Shown here piece after piece: positions 45,849 through 55,487 of a stretch of DNA of 64,000 nt; position 1 is the stretch's first letter, and every line of letters begins with the position of its first letter. The notes under the pieces are model-generated. The model was given only the letters and a program-made list of their open reading frames with translations, was not told the DNA's origin and ran no database searches. Made by a program: the position numbers and the translations under genes. The stretch is from the NCBI GenBank assembly GCA_965203905.1, contig CBDBDQ010000005.1:4384001-4448000 (forward strand), read 5' to 3'. Source of the stretch: Spirochaetia bacterium. GTDB taxonomy: Bacteria > Spirochaetota > Spirochaetia > SZUA-6 > Bin103.

Positions 45849-47899
45849 CGTTCGTCCTCCTGCAAGTCGAGCCAGCGTACCTCCTCCGCGGTCAGCGCCA
45901 CATCCAGGGCGCGCAGGCAGTCGCGCGTTTCCGCGGGCAGGCGCGTGCCGATGATCGGAAACACCGGGAACGATTGCTGCAGCACCCAGGCCAGCGCGAT
46001 GTTGATCGGGCTCACCCCATGCCGGCGTGCCAACTCGAACGCGCGTTCGCGCCGGGTGAAGTTCTCGGGGCTGTGGTAGCAGCGCGGCAGGTCGCGGTCG
46101 CGCGGTTGCTCGGCCTCGTTCTCGATGAAGAATCCGGACGCCTGGCTCGACCAGGGCACCAGCACCGTCTGGGTGGCTTCGAACCAGCGCCGGAACTCCG
46201 GATCGGAGGCGCTCTGCCAATGCGGGTAGCTGCCGTCGATGGTCCACCAGGCGTCGATGATGCGCGCCAGGCTGAACTGGTTGCTGACCACGGAGAAGTA
46301 GTTGCGCCCGTTACGGTCGGCGTACTCCCTGGCCTCCCGCAGCCGCGGCAACGACCAGTTGGAGACGCCGAAGATGGTCATCCGCCCGGCCGCCTGGTGC
46401 TCGCCCAGCACGTCGACGATCTCGCCGGCCGGCACCTCCGGGTTGTCGCGGTGCATCAGCCACACGTCGGCGTGGTCGATGCCGAGGCCCTCCAGGCCCG
46501 CCAGCAGCTCCCGAGTGATACCCTCCGGGGTGCCGTTGGGGGGATTGCCGCCCTTCTCGAACACCACCACCTCGTCGCGCACGCCGCGGCCGCGGATCCA
46601 GGCGCCCAGGTTGCGCTCGCAGGCGCCGTCGCGGTAGGCGTGCGAGGTGTCGAAGCAGTTGCCGCCCAGTTCGAAGTACTGGTCGAACAGTACCTCCGTG
46701 TAGGGGATGGTGACGTTGCGATCGGCGCCCTGCACCAGGCGGGCAACCGGCTTGTCCAGTCCCGGGATGGTGCCGTACTGCATAGCCGTTCCGGCTGCGC
46801 CGCCGCGCCGGAGCAGCGGACGGCCCGCGAGCGTGCCGGGGTGGAAGCGCCGCTCCTGCTCGTAGATCAGCCCCGCCTCCTCGCGCCAGCGGTCGAGCAG
46901 CTTCATGTTGCCGATGGTGTCGAGCCAGCTCATCGCCGGCGCCTGCCGCGCCTCCAGGTGCGCGGCCACGGTGTCCGCCTCGTAGGTGAACAGGTCGCGG
47001 TCGACCGCGACGGAGATCGTCTCGGGCTCGGCGGCGCCGGGACGGGTGAGAAGGATCCGGCCCGGCGAAAACCTGGTGTCGGCCGGCAGTGGCTCGGCGG
47101 CGTGGCGGCACGGCGAGCACGGCGTCCACGGCTCCGGCACTTCCAGGATGCCCTCGCTGCCGTACACCGCGAGCTGGCTCGGCACCCGGCAGTCCACGCC
47201 GCAAACCAACTCGGCGACGACGCCGTTGTCGAACTGCAGGGTGGCCGCGGCGTAGTGGTCCACCCCGGTCGGCCCCAGCCGGGCGCAGCCCTTAACCAGG
47301 TGCGGCTCCAGGAACGGCTCGCCGGCGGCCGCGCCCGCGATCAGCCGCGCCGCGGAGGCGGTGTAGCAGCCGATGTCCAGAATGCCGCCGCCGCCGAGCG
47401 CGTTGCCGAAGGTACGCGATTCGGCGGAGAAGCTGCCCTGGTAGCTGAATACCGTCCGGATCATGCGCACCTCGCCGATGGCGCCCGCGCGCACCAGCTC
47501 GGCCAGCCGCTGCGTCTGCGGGTGGCAGCGGTACATGAACGCCTCCATCAGGAACACGTCGTGCGCCGCCGCGGCGTCGATCATCGCCGCCGCCTCCAGG
47601 TGGTTCATGCCGATCGGCTTCTCCACCAGCAGGTGCTTGCCCGCCTCCGCAGCCTTGATCGCCCACTCGGCGTGTGCCGGGTGGATGGTGCTGACGTAGA
47701 CCGCGTCGACTTCGTCATCGGCGAGCAACTCCTCGTAGTTGTCGAACCGCTTGGGAATCGCAAACAGGTCGGCCAGCGTGTCCGCCCGCTCCCGGCTGCG
47801 GCTCGCCACCGCCGCGATCCGCCCGCTGCCCGAGAACCGCACGCCGTTGCAGAACACCCGCGCGATGGTGCCCGCTCCGATCACTCCCCAGTTCAGCAT
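45842..47899 (-). CDS. Gfo/Idh/MocA oxidoreductase fused to an aldo/keto reductase
   Basis: WGVIGAGTIA, EKP, GGGILDIGCY; then FDTSHAY, MHRDNP, GVSNW, PWSSQ, PIIG. Confidence 0.9.
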   Translation of the reverse strand: MLNWGVIGAGTIARVFCNGVRFSGSGRIAAVASRSRERADTLADLFAIPKRFDNYEELLADDEVDAVYVSTIHPAHAEWAIKAAEAGKHLLVEKPIGMNHLEAAAMIDAAAAHDVFLMEAFMYRCHPQTQRLAELVRAGAIGEVRMIRTVFSYQGSFSAESRTFGNALGGGGILDIGCYTASAARLIAGAAAGEPFLEPHLVKGCARLGPTGVDHYAAATLQFDNGVVAELVCGVDCRVPSQLAVYGSEGILEVPEPWTPCSPCRHAAEPLPADTRFSPGRILLTRPGAAEPETISVAVDRDLFTYEADTVAAHLEARQAPAMSWLDTIGNMKLLDRWREEAGLIYEQERRFHPGTLAGRPLLRRGGAAGTAMQYGTIPGLDKPVARLVQGADRNVTIPYTEVLFDQYFELGGNCFDTSHAYRDGACERNLGAWIRGRGVRDEVVVFEKGGNPPNGTPEGITRELLAGLEGLGIDHADVWLMHRDNPEVPAGEIVDVLGEHQAAGRMTIFGVSNWSLPRLREAREYADRNGRNYFSVVSNQFSLARIIDAWWTIDGSYPHWQSASDPEFRRWFEATQTVLVPWSSQASGFFIENEAEQPRDRDLPRCYHSPENFTRRERAFELARRHGVSPINIALAWVLQQSFPVFPIIGTRLPAETRDCLRALDVALTAEEVRWLDLQEDERC

Positions 47900-48006
47900 G
47901 CGCCCTCCTTCTGCGGCAGCTATGCGGCCGCCGGAATTGTCAGTTACCGGGTCAGAAGCATATCATGACCTCTTCGAGAACCCGGAGTCGGAGGAGGGAA
48001 TAAAGA

Positions 48007-50448
48007 TTGTCGAGCGTGAGGGTTGCCTACAATGAGAAAGAGGCGCCGCTGGAGGTGCTGTTGAGGACGATCGACCGCCCCGGAGACTTCTGTACGCAGG
48101 ATCGGATGCTGGTGCCGATGCCGCGCGTCGAGGTGGAAGGGGCGCGCTCTCTCTCCTTCCCGATCACCGAGGAGCAGGCGCATGCGCTCGTCGCGGTGGC
48201 GGAACCGGCGCCCTATGGCAGGGGCGAACAGACCCTCGTAGACCGTTCCGTGCGCGCCTGCCGGCAGATCGATGCGGCGCGGGTGCGAATTACCGGCAGG
48301 GCGTGGCGCGACACCCTGGCGCAGGTCGTCGCACGGGCCGCAACGGGACTCGGCTGTCCGCCCGAACAGACCTCCGCGTGCCTGTACAAGCTGCTGGTGT
48401 ACGAGAAGGGCGGCTTCTTCGCCCCGCACCGGGATACCGAGAAGGTCGACGGCATGGTTGCTACGCTGGTGCTGTCGCTCCCGGTGGCGGGCGCCGGCGG
48501 GGAGCTGGTCATCCGCCACCGGGAGCATGAAAAGGTCGTCGACCTGCGCACCGACGAAGCCTCTGAACTCGCGTTCGCCGCGTTCTATGCGGACTGCGTG
48601 CACGAAATCCGTCCGGTGACGGACGGCTACCGAATCGTCCTCGTCTATCACTTGGTAGTGCGCGGTGCCGCTGCCGCGGTGCTCAAGGCCGCGCCCTACT
48701 ATCGCTCGCAGGAAGAGCAGATCGCGGCCCGATTCAGAAACTGGGAAGCGACTTCGACGGCGGGTGACAAGTTGGTCTGGCTCCTGGAGCACGAATACAG
48801 CGAGGCGGGTCTGTCGTTCGACGTGCTGAAGAACGCCGACGCGGTGTTGGGCCGGGTCCTCGCGCGGGCGGCGGAGCAGGCGAAACAAGTGCTGTACGCG
48901 GCCATCCTCGGAATCTCCGAGTGGGGGACCCTGCCCGAGTTGGCCGAGTCACTGGACTGGGACGAACCCTCCGACGACTGGGAGTCCATGGAACTGGTCC
49001 ACTCTACCCGATCACTGGTCGGACTGGTTGCACCGGACGGCTCGCGTCCCGACTACGGCGAGCTGCCGCTGTTGCCGGGAGAACTGCTCCCCGCCGGGGC
49101 GCTGGACGGCGTGGCGCCGGATCAGGAGGACACCCGCTTTACGGGCAACGCAGGCGTAGAGATGAGCCGCAGCTATCGTCGCGCGGCGCTGGTGCTGTGG
49201 CCCCGGGAGAGGACCGTGGGGACCCTCGCCCGCGGCGACATCGAAGGTGCCCTGGCGTGGTTCGCGGATGACCTGGCGCGATCGCAACGCGACATCCGGT
49301 CGCAACCGCGCTTGTCCGGTCTCGCCGCTCAGCTTATCGCCGCCTGGCCCGAGCCGGACCCCGCTCGATTCCATAGCCGGCATCGCTCGGATTGGTCACA
49401 GCCGGCCTACGGTGAGGCGCTTCGCCTCCTGCACCGGCTGGGGGACGAGGCCACCATCCGGCGCTTTCTGTGCGAAGTTGCCACGCAACACTATAGCGGG
49501 GCGGAAAACGTCGAGTTGCTGAGGACGGCGACGGAGGTAGCTCCCGCTGTCCTGCACACCTGGCTGCCGCAGTTCACGGCGGCTAATTTCTCGCACGCCC
49601 CGGGGGACGTCCTCGACTTGCTTTGGCGTCTGCACCGGCAGGAAGATTCAGGTCCCGACCTGATCCGGCGCTTGGCGCTGGTCGAGGCGGTGCGAGCGGT
49701 CTGCCTTCTGTTGCCCGTTGTGGTGGAGGGCGCAGCCACCGCGCAGCCGGCCGCGGCCCGCTTCCGGCCGGCACGGCGGTGGAACTCCGGCCGGCCGCTG
49801 ACGGCACGGGCGATCCGCTCTCTGTTCGCACTGATCTGGCACTGCGCGCAGCCGGCGGCGGCCGCGGAAGCTGCCGCGCTCCTGGTGCAGCGTCCGGAAG
49901 CGGCTCCCCCGGATCGGGCCCTGCCGCTGGCACTTGCGGAGCTGGCGAAACTGGATGGCATGGCCGGCGATGCGACCGAGTCTGCCGGGTTCGCGGCGCT
50001 CTGGCGGCACGCGGCGGCTTTTCTGCTGGCGCGCAGCCCGGCGCCCCCCGAGGAGCCGCGCGACTGGGTGATCGAGTCCGTTGTCGGGTGCGACTGCCCG
50101 AACTGCGATCGGCTGCGAGCCTTCTGCGCGGACGCGGTAGCCACGACCTTACGGTTCTCGATGCGTCAGGACATGCGCCTGCACATCGAGTCGGTGATCA
50201 CCTTTGGGCGACTCGACATCGACTGCCGGACCGAGCGCGAAGGCAGATCGGATATCCTGATCTGCACCAAGACGCGCGCCTCCTACGAACGACGATGTGC
50301 GCAGTACGCCCAGGATGTCACGCACATGCGGCTGCTGGTTGCCGCGGCCCCCGGCAGCGGCGCTGCGGTGGCCGACGATCTGGGGCAATTGCACGCGGCG
50401 CTTGCGCGCGCCGGACGAGCGGTCAGCCCTTCAGAGAGCCGATCATGA
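48007..50448 (+). CDS. Large 2OG-Fe(II) oxygenase-domain protein with a C-terminal CxCxxC region
   Basis: YKLLVYEKGGFFAPHRDTEK, HEIRPV, RIVLVY; CDCPNC; GGAGG RBS before TTG. Confidence 0.85.
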   Translation: MSSVRVAYNEKEAPLEVLLRTIDRPGDFCTQDRMLVPMPRVEVEGARSLSFPITEEQAHALVAVAEPAPYGRGEQTLVDRSVRACRQIDAARVRITGRAWRDTLAQVVARAATGLGCPPEQTSACLYKLLVYEKGGFFAPHRDTEKVDGMVATLVLSLPVAGAGGELVIRHREHEKVVDLRTDEASELAFAAFYADCVHEIRPVTDGYRIVLVYHLVVRGAAAAVLKAAPYYRSQEEQIAARFRNWEATSTAGDKLVWLLEHEYSEAGLSFDVLKNADAVLGRVLARAAEQAKQVLYAAILGISEWGTLPELAESLDWDEPSDDWESMELVHSTRSLVGLVAPDGSRPDYGELPLLPGELLPAGALDGVAPDQEDTRFTGNAGVEMSRSYRRAALVLWPRERTVGTLARGDIEGALAWFADDLARSQRDIRSQPRLSGLAAQLIAAWPEPDPARFHSRHRSDWSQPAYGEALRLLHRLGDEATIRRFLCEVATQHYSGAENVELLRTATEVAPAVLHTWLPQFTAANFSHAPGDVLDLLWRLHRQEDSGPDLIRRLALVEAVRAVCLLLPVVVEGAATAQPAAARFRPARRWNSGRPLTARAIRSLFALIWHCAQPAAAAEAAALLVQRPEAAPPDRALPLALAELAKLDGMAGDATESAGFAALWRHAAAFLLARSPAPPEEPRDWVIESVVGCDCPNCDRLRAFCADAVATTLRFSMRQDMRLHIESVITFGRLDIDCRTEREGRSDILICTKTRASYERRCAQYAQDVTHMRLLVAAAPGSGAAVADDLGQLHAALARAGRAVSPSESRS

Positions 50449-51313
50449 TGCCCTGCACGAAGTACTTCTGCAGGAACGGGTACACGATCAGCAGCGGCAG
50501 GCTGGCGACCACGATGCTGCCGTACTTGATCAGCTCGGCGGCATGCTGCCGCTCTTTGAGGTCCGCGATATCGGTCACCGTCTCGGGGTCGTCGAGGATC
50601 AGGATCGAGCGCAGCACGAGCTGCAGCGGATACTTCTGCTGGTCGTCGAGGAAAATCAGCGCGTTGAAGAATTCGTTCCAGTGCCCCACGCCGTAGTAGA
50701 TCGCCAGCACCGCGATTACCGGGCGCGACAGCGGCAGCACGATGCGCACGAAGAACGGGATGTGGTTGCAGCCGTCGATCGCCGCCGCCTCGTACAGCTC
50801 GTCGGCAATGGTGGTCTGGAAGAAGGTGCGGGTGACGATGATGTGCCACACCATGGCCGCACCCATGATCACCATGATCGCCCGCGTGTCGAGCAGCCCG
50901 AGCGATCGCACCAGCAGGTACTTGGGGATGAGGCCGCCCTCGAAGTAGAGGGTGGCGAGCAGGAAGATCATCAGCACGTAGCGGCCCGAGAAGCGCCGCG
51001 ACGACAGCGGGTAGGCGACCGTCACCGTCATCGTGATGTTGAGCAGCGTGCCGAGCACGGCGTAGAAGATGGTGTTGGCGTAGCCGCGCCAGATGCTGGC
51101 CGTGTTGAAGATGCGCTCGTAGCCGGCGAAGGTCAGGCCGCGCGGCCAGAGCCACACGTTGCCGGCGTAGATGGCAGCGGGGTCGGAGACCGATGCGATC
51201 AGCACGAAGTAGAGCGGGTAGGCCACCAGCAACAGGGCCAGCGTCACGCACCCGTTGACGATGGCGAGGTTGATCCGGTCCTCGCGGGATGGCTTCATTG
51301 CGTGCGCCGGCAT
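50423..51313 (-). CDS. Carbohydrate ABC permease
   Basis: AYPLS, GGLIP, ELYEAAAIDG, YPFLQKYFVQG. Confidence 0.93.
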   Translation of the reverse strand: MPAHAMKPSREDRINLAIVNGCVTLALLLVAYPLYFVLIASVSDPAAIYAGNVWLWPRGLTFAGYERIFNTASIWRGYANTIFYAVLGTLLNITMTVTVAYPLSSRRFSGRYVLMIFLLATLYFEGGLIPKYLLVRSLGLLDTRAIMVIMGAAMVWHIIVTRTFFQTTIADELYEAAAIDGCNHIPFFVRIVLPLSRPVIAVLAIYYGVGHWNEFFNALIFLDDQQKYPLQLVLRSILILDDPETVTDIADLKERQHAAELIKYGSIVVASLPLLIVYPFLQKYFVQGIMIGSLKG

Positions 51314-51327
51314 CGCGATTCGCCCCG

Positions 51328-52302
51328 CTACCAGAGGGTGTTCTGCCGCAGCGCCCGCGCAATCTGGTTGACGCTGATCAGCAGGACCATGTTGATGACG
51401 GTGTTGAACAGGTTGATCGCCGTCGAATAGTCGTACTGGGCCTTGATCAGCCCCACCTTGTAGATGTAGGTGGCGATGATCTCGGAGGCCTCGGCGTTGA
51501 GCAGGTTCTGCAGCAGATACGCCTTCTGAAAGCCCACGTTCATGATCTGCCCCAGGCTCAGGATCAGCAGGATCACCGCGGTCGGCATCAGCAGCGGCAG
51601 GTCGATGTGGACGATCTTCTGGCGGATGGTGGCGCCGTCGATGCGGGCCGCCTCGTACAGGGTGGGGTCGATCCCGGCGAGCACCGCCAGGTAGATGATG
51701 GCGCCCCAGCCGGCGTGCTGCCACACGCTCGACAGCACGTAGATGGTCTTGAACCAGCGCGCCTCGGCAAGAAAGTTCACCGGCTCGCCGCCGAGCAGCA
51801 CCAGCAGGTGGTTGACCATGCCGCTGACCGGCGACAGCAGCACGTAGAGCATGCCGGCGAGCACCACGATGGAGATGAAGTGGGGGGCGTACACGGCGGT
51901 CTGCACCACCCGCTTGTACGTGGCGGCGCGCATCTCGTTGAGCATCAGGGCCAGGATGATCGGCACCGGGAAGCCGAGCGCCAGCTCGTACAGGCTGATG
52001 CCGAGGGTGTTGGTGATGACGCGCCAGAACAGGAACGAGTTGAAGAACTTCTTGAAGTGGACCAGGCCGGCCCAGGGGCTGCCGGTGATGCCGAGGGTGG
52101 CGACGAAGTCCTTGAACGCCAACTGCACCCCGTACATGGGCACGTAGTGGAACAGGATGAAGTAGGCGACGGCGGGCGCCGCCAGGATCCAGAGCTGGTG
52201 CTCGCGCCGGAGCGTCTTGACGAGTCGGCCGATGCCGGTGGCCGGCCCGAGGCGGATTTCGCCCGGCGGTGTCGCGCCGGCCTGCCGGGTGGCGCCGCTC
52301 AG
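51328..52302 (-). CDS. Carbohydrate ABC permease, LplB-like (start uncertain, possibly CTG)
   Basis: YVPMYG, SPWAGL, YAPHFIS, LYEAARIDGA. Confidence 0.9.
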   Translation of the reverse strand: MSGATRQAGATPPGEIRLGPATGIGRLVKTLRREHQLWILAAPAVAYFILFHYVPMYGVQLAFKDFVATLGITGSPWAGLVHFKKFFNSFLFWRVITNTLGISLYELALGFPVPIILALMLNEMRAATYKRVVQTAVYAPHFISIVVLAGMLYVLLSPVSGMVNHLLVLLGGEPVNFLAEARWFKTIYVLSSVWQHAGWGAIIYLAVLAGIDPTLYEAARIDGATIRQKIVHIDLPLLMPTAVILLILSLGQIMNVGFQKAYLLQNLLNAEASEIIATYIYKVGLIKAQYDYSTAINLFNTVINMVLLISVNQIARALRQNTLW

Positions 52303-53093
52303 CGGCCCATCCAGCGCAGCTTTCCGGGCTCGAACACGCGCCCCGGCTCGCCGTAGTCGTTGCCGGCCAGGTCCTTGCCGCGCAGCAGGTAGACGGTGTG
52401 CCGGCCGCGCTGCCTGGTGGGGTTGAACTTCACGTCGGTGGTCATGTAGCGCATGGTGTAACCGCAGCGGCGGCGGCGACTGGTGTTGGGGCTGGAGCTG
52501 TGCATCAGCTTGGCGTGATGCACGTGACACTCGCCGGCGCGGATCGCCAGGTCGACCGCCTTGCTTTCGTCGAGCTGGTCGGGGCGGATGCGGGTGCCGA
52601 ACACGTGCTGCGAGTGGTCCACCTCCTCATACTCCGAGAAGCCGTGGTGGTGGGTGCCGGGAATCACCCGCATGCAGCCGTTCTCGGGCAGCGAGTCGTC
52701 GATCGCCAGCCACACCGTGACCACCTTGTGCTCGCTCAGGCTCACGTTCCAGTAGGCGGAGTCCTCGTGCCACGGCACCGCCAGGCCGCGCTGCGGCAGC
52801 TTGCACAGGAAGTGGCTGGCCCACAGTGCGATGTTGGGCCCGATCAGGCGCTCCACGAAGTCGAGCACCTCCTCCGCGGCCAGCCACTCGAACAGCTCGG
52901 GAAAGGCAAAGTGCGGGACGTCCATCCCCTCCGGGCGCGCATCCTCCGGCAACTGCGCCAGCATGCCGTCGAAGAAGCGTTGCAGGCGTCCGAACTTCTC
53001 TGCCGGAAAGAGCTGGTGGTGATAGACCAGGTAGCCCTGCTCGGTGAAGAAACGCAGGTCGGTGTCGGTCAGGTGTACCGGGTGTCGATCCAA
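52299..53093 (-). CDS. PhyH-family Fe(II)/2OG dioxygenase
   Basis: PWHEDSAYW, WLAIDD, ENGCMRVIPGTH, HSSSPN...RRC. Confidence 0.93.
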   Translation of the reverse strand: MDRHPVHLTDTDLRFFTEQGYLVYHHQLFPAEKFGRLQRFFDGMLAQLPEDARPEGMDVPHFAFPELFEWLAAEEVLDFVERLIGPNIALWASHFLCKLPQRGLAVPWHEDSAYWNVSLSEHKVVTVWLAIDDSLPENGCMRVIPGTHHHGFSEYEEVDHSQHVFGTRIRPDQLDESKAVDLAIRAGECHVHHAKLMHSSSPNTSRRRRCGYTMRYMTTDVKFNPTRQRGRHTVYLLRGKDLAGNDYGEPGRVFEPGKLRWMGR

Positions 53094-53151
53094 CTTAGGA
53101 ATGCTCCTTATGTGCTGCTACCACAATTGGTTTCTGAGGTCAACCGGAACC

Positions 53152-53179
53152 GGTACTCGGGGGTACTCGGGGTACTCGG
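53152..53179. repeat. GGTACTCGG x3
   Basis: Copies at 53152, 53162 and 53171, upstream of the PhyH-permease operon and at the island edge. Confidence 0.85.
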
Positions 53180-53720
53180 CGTCGGCGACCTGGCCGTCCG
53201 CCATCCCGGTCGTCTCCGGCTCATCGGAGCCCCTCGCCAGTTTCTCGGTGGCGCTCCACGGCCGTCGAACTCACCTTGAACCTAAGCACAGCCTCCCGTC
53301 CGTAAGCTGTTCTCGGGGGCTTGCTCTGCTACTCGGTTTCGCACCCAGGCGACTCAACAAATACGAGCGAAAAGCTTGTGGAAGAAAGAAAGGCGGGCTA
53401 CAGTGTCCAAACGGAGGGAGGGACACCGCAGACAACGGAGCTACGATGGAGCCGGCCACCTCCACGCCGACTTGAGCGTTGGGGCTCAGAGTGGCGCATC
53501 CAGCAACCAGGGCGGGCGCGCCACAGGCCGTTCGACAGTCGCACAGCGAACAGGGTCGAGGTCGGTCAAGACAACCCCTAATGATTCCCGGCGGCTACTG
53601 TAATCTTCTTCGCATTCATGATCTACTTGCTCTTCATGTGGTACGGCGTAGGTAGAGCTTCCCATGCGTCCCAGGCGATGATTCCTTACCCTCTGATCAC
53701 TTCGTAGGCGGTGAACGAAC

Positions 53721-54845
53721 GTGACCGACCAACGTCGCCTCTCCCAGGTGATAAGAAACCTGATCGCCCGGAAGGGCGAAGGAGTCCATTGGGACTTCAA
53801 GCGCAAGCATCAAGAACTTAGCACGGACTTGGTCCACGATGTACTCTGCCTCGCTAACGCCGAACATGTCGGCCCCCGGTTCCTGATATTTGGTGTCGAC
53901 GACGTTGACTATACGCTCCACGATATTCAAGGAAGCAAAGGGCGCAGGACCCAGGCCGACATCGCCGGCCTATTTCGTGACAATGCCGATAAGTTCTTCC
54001 AGTCGAGGTTCCCGTCGTTTCATCTGCGCGACGTACGGATTGATGGGATACTGGTAGACGTGCTGGTCATCGAGGATGAACCAAAGAAGCCTTACCACTT
54101 GATTGCAAACATCGAAAAGGTCCGGGCCCATCACGTTTACACGCGCGTATGCGATACTAACACGCCGGTCAACAGGTCCGCCCAGCCGCATGAGGTCGAA
54201 CGGATGTGGCGCGAGCGGTTCGGGCTCGATGTACCCGCACTCGAGAGAGCCAGACGGTGTCTTGAGGAGTCGGCCGCGTGGACCATACAGGAGGAGAACG
54301 GCTTCGTCTGTTGCCACCATGACGTGTTGCCTGAATTCACGCTAAGGGCGGCGAGTGCGGAGTTCCCATTAGACAGCAGTCAGGAGTGGACGCGTGGTGA
54401 GATCGCGACTGACGCCAACCATGCCAATTGGTACGAACTACGCTGTCATCAGACGGTGTTGCGTCGCATCCATTATGTGAGTTTCGACAAGCGCAAGAAG
54501 AACATTGTGGCCCCCGATTGGGAGCCGATTGGCAAAGGACGGTTCTACTTCTACAGGGCGGGCAGCGTCGAGCACGCAGTCCAGCAGTTCTGGACCGAGC
54601 GCTACGGACGGGATGACTCCGTGGGGCTACAGATTCGAGGAGACAGCGAATCCGCACGCGAGGCAAGACTGAGGTGGCGTCGCGGCCTTAGCATTCCCGT
54701 TGTCGAGTCCTGGGAGCTGGACGGATTCCTGGTCGGTCGAAGATGGCAGTCAACCCGCGGCCCCGACCCATCCACTGATCCGAACGAACAGTACGAGCTA
54801 TTCCTGCGCAATCTTCTCGATTTTGACGACTGTCGGCACGCTTAA
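53721..54845 (+). CDS. Schlafen/AlbA_2-domain protein with unknown C-terminal domain
   Basis: EGVHWDFKR, DVLCLANA, LIFGVDD, KPY, VYTRVCDTN. Confidence 0.8.
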   Translation: MTDQRRLSQVIRNLIARKGEGVHWDFKRKHQELSTDLVHDVLCLANAEHVGPRFLIFGVDDVDYTLHDIQGSKGRRTQADIAGLFRDNADKFFQSRFPSFHLRDVRIDGILVDVLVIEDEPKKPYHLIANIEKVRAHHVYTRVCDTNTPVNRSAQPHEVERMWRERFGLDVPALERARRCLEESAAWTIQEENGFVCCHHDVLPEFTLRAASAEFPLDSSQEWTRGEIATDANHANWYELRCHQTVLRRIHYVSFDKRKKNIVAPDWEPIGKGRFYFYRAGSVEHAVQQFWTERYGRDDSVGLQIRGDSESAREARLRWRRGLSIPVVESWELDGFLVGRRWQSTRGPDPSTDPNEQYELFLRNLLDFDDCRHA

Positions 54846-54857
54846 GAGGACTGACTT

Positions 54858-55487
54858 ATGCGGTCGGACAGAGATGCCGCGTGGATCGAGATGGCGGGAA
54901 TCGCCCGCCCGGATGGCGCACTAAGCGACGGGAAATGGGCTACGCTGAGGTACCGAGTCGACGTAGCGAGAGCGCGGCTCGCGTCCGCCGAAATGCGCCC
55001 TAACAGGAGCATGTGCCGTCTTCTCCTAGTGGGTGAAGACCACAGGATCGCTCTACATCCTGGTGTGGACCCACTTGCGCTTTGCCGGGCGTTGTGGCGG
55101 ACTTATGGGCGCGGGCGCCGCGAAGGCGGGTCCACGGTGGCTATGCAGCTAGTACGAGTGCTTACGGATCGCTTCGAGAGGAGTTGGCGGAGGAAGGCTA
55201 ACGAGATGTTCCTCGCGATACACTTGGCGCGCCATGTGCCAATCGACGAGTTGCCGGCGCTCTATCTTTCTGTAGGCTACTACGGGTGGCGTATGAATGG
55301 CTTTGTCCAAGCATGCCGCCGATTGGGTGTCGACCCGGAGATTTGTTCGCTTCAGGAGTCGGCGTCGGTGGTTGCGCGTCTCAAGTATCCGGAACCAAAA
55401 AGCTGTACGGCGTCGAGACGACTCCAGATAGCTCGAAGGTCCGAGTACCTCATGGCACGGTTGGAGCACTATGGCCGAAGGTACTAA
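54858..55487 (+). CDS. Stand-alone GT51 transglycosylase-like domain without membrane anchor
   Basis: EDHRIALHPGVD, GGSTVAMQLVR, RKANE, LYLSVGYYG; GAGGA RBS. Confidence 0.8.
   Translation: MRSDRDAAWIEMAGIARPDGALSDGKWATLRYRVDVARARLASAEMRPNRSMCRLLLVGEDHRIALHPGVDPLALCRALWRTYGRGRREGGSTVAMQLVRVLTDRFERSWRRKANEMFLAIHLARHVPIDELPALYLSVGYYGWRMNGFVQACRRLGVDPEICSLQESASVVARLKYPEPKSCTASRRLQIARRSEYLMARLEHYGRRY

Noticed and set aside
45842-47899. Gfo/Idh/MocA-AKR fusion as a novelty
   Set aside because: This two-domain architecture is already common in bacterial genomes
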